In this document: positions 62,193 to 64,000 of the stretch, piece by piece
How the letters are laid out: each line of letters begins with the position of its first letter
How positions within the stretch are numbered: the first letter of the stretch is position 1
Assembly (NCBI RefSeq): GCF_036321535.1
Contig: NC_087436.1
Location: 107,882,001 to 107,946,000 of the forward strand
Origin: Camelus dromedarius
Lineage: Eukaryota
Length of the DNA: 64,000 bases
Direction: 5' to 3'
Notes under the pieces: generated by a model
Seen by the model: the letters and a program-made list of their open reading frames with translations, nothing else
The model's database searches: none
What the model was told of the DNA's origin: nothing
Translations under genes and position numbers: made by a program

Positions 62193-62334
62193 GTGCCACT
62201 TTCTAGTTGGTGGCCTAGACCTTTGTGATCATGAGAAATTCAGTGTGATCACTTTTTTCTTAGATTCTCACTATCATGACTATATCACTATCAAGACTCT
62301 CACTGATGGAATCCAAAAGACAGTAATAATAATT

Positions 62335-62552
62335 TAACATTTGAGCATTTATGTTATGCGAGGCCTTATTTTAAGTGTCTTACATGTATGAACTTATTTA
62401 ATTCCCACAGCAATCCTATGAAATAGGATTATTATCATTCCTAATACTGAGACAGAGAGGTTGCCCTGGTTACACAGCTAACAGTGGCAGAGCTGGGGTT
62501 TGAATTTAGAAAGGGAACCTCGTAGTGGTTCGTGCTTTCATCATGCACTGTG
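62335..62552 (-). mobile_element. MIR SINE
   Basis: ACATTTGAGCATTTATG...AATTCCCACAGCAATCCTATGAAATAGG...ACTGAGACAGAGAGGTTGCCCTGGTTACACAGCTA...GGGGTTTGAA. Confidence 0.8.
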
Positions 62553-64000
62553 CTGATGGTATTGTTCTAGGGGCAACTCTGTTCGTTGCACTGTCATATC
62601 TGTACTCCAACTGCCATTTGAGGGTTTATGCTCTCTCCTTACCACATACCAAGACAGAAGAAATATATGTTGAAATCAGTTGTCTGTCCCAATTTGACTG
62701 AAAGTGACCTCATCTCCCTAGGTCTTTGCTCACTCAAGGTCATCCTATTACCAAAGAGAGGAAAGAGAGAGGAAATAAAGAGGAAAAAGTCAGGGCCCAT
62801 TAAGTCTAGCAAGATGTGTATATCAAAGATGTTCCACTAAATTCTCTACCTCCTTTTCTAGTTCAGAATTGTTGTGGTCCCATAGTTGATGGAAAAGACC
62901 CTTGCATGGAAAACAAGGGGAGAATGTCAGGGGAAGAAGAGAGAAAAGCAAACATGGGTTAGAGGGCAGCAGTGAGAGGCAGCTGCTAAAATAAGCCGTG
63001 GAGGATGGAGAACAGCTCTGCAGGGAGGATTGTCAGACCTGCAGATGACTTCAAGGAACAGCATTTAGGGAGGAGGTTTGAGCACTAAACTATCTAGACA
63101 TCTAACTCAGCATATTCTCTTTACTAAGTTTTAGAAGGATTTCAGCCTTACACTGTATGAAAGAAAAAAATGAAGGCTTTCTTTGAAAATAAAAAACACC
63201 CAAAATAACCTCGGTTGGAAGTGCTAATACCTTAATGTCAAATAACAGGGCAGTACCAAACTTTTATTTAAATTATGTATAAGCGATAAAATAACACTAA
63301 TCAGAATATGAATTTTTAATGTTCACTGTTGAACATTCTACAGTTCTCTGCATTATGTCTTTGATGACACGATCTGTTGAAAATGGAAAATTTTATATTG
63401 TCCCGGTATTATTACTCAGTTACTTCTTTGTCATTTCTGTTTTTCTTCAGTCACAGTCACAAATGATGTACCTATTATTTTTGTGGTGCTTTTTGTTTTT
63501 AAGATAGCTGGGAGCTGATGAACTACACTTAATTAAATTACGTTTCTAAGAAAAAAAAATCTAGACAAGTTTCCAAGAAGTTAAATTAATAAGTGGCTTT
63601 TCATTTGTTTCATTGTTTTTTTTAATTAATTCAAATTGTCACCTAGTTGACAAATTCTTCCAGACATATATATAATAAAAGTGTAGGATGTACTAGAATA
63701 GATTCTTTTCAGGCTATGAATAATGCTAACCAGGACCCTAAAACAGGAAATAAAGGCAGCACTTAATATGCGCACAGCAGCATTAAAAACTCATTTCAGT
63801 TGTAATCCACTGCAGCACTATATGTTGGCCTATAAAAAAGGCTTACACGAATATAGCTTTATAGATTCAATGAAGAGTTGCTAGCTTTAACTGCATTTTA
63901 ACAACTAGACTACATAAAATCTTATGGTCTTATCTTTGGCTGGAGAAAATGATCTAGTCTCAGAATAACTAATCTGTTAAATTCAGTGATTATTTCTTCA

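Larger units (their letters stand above)
11970..64000 (+). other. KCNIP4: KCNIP4 intron 1 (5' part; continues beyond the window)
   Basis: Starts at the GT donor at 11970. I found no exon-2 sequence (continuing ...FLYAQ...) or EF-hand exons in the window. KCNIP4 intron 1 is known to be very large in mammals. Confidence 0.85.

Noticed and set aside
12000..64000. Other KCNIP4 alternative first exons or intronic ncRNAs
   Set aside because: I could not recognise other KChIP4 N-terminal peptides (e.g. the MNLEGLEMIAVL... type) or any defined RNA gene in the window; they probably lie further into the intron.
1..64000. CRISPR array, operon or other novel multi-gene system
   Set aside because: The window is repeat-rich mammalian intergenic and intronic DNA, with no regularly spaced repeat-spacer array and no gene cluster.

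Overview
Mammalian genomic DNA, probably from a camelid (inferred from two tRNA-derived SINEs resembling the camelid vic-1 type and from artiodactyl-like L1 3' ends). The only protein-coding sequence I can support is the first coding exon of KCNIP4 (KChIP4, Kv4 channel-interacting protein 4). It is 61 nt at 11909-11969 on the + strand, reads [20 protein letters not shown](G), and lies in a CpG-island promoter (~11.3-12.3 kb). About 11 kb upstream is intergenic, and the remaining ~52 kb is the start of the very large first intron. Both regions are filled with interspersed repeats (MIR, L2, L1, MaLR/MLT1 LTRs, an ERV1-like solo LTR, hAT MER5/MER20/MER58) and microsatellites. The ORFs in the supplied track are chance ORFs or L1 ORF2 remnants. 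I found no evidence for a new multi-gene system. The most interesting signals are small-scale: an exact 20-nt reverse-complement templated insertion (31.3 kb), an L1 that keeps both termini but is internally deleted (56.5-59.0 kb), two L1 3' ends stacked at one site with a long TSD (59.8-60.5 kb), a tail-only SINE retrocopy (39.3 kb), a cluster of TGACA palindromes upstream of KCNIP4, an RFX X-box, and G-run/G4 motifs around exon 1. Repeat subfamily names are from memory of consensus sequences, and most repeat boundaries are approximate unless a TSD is quoted.
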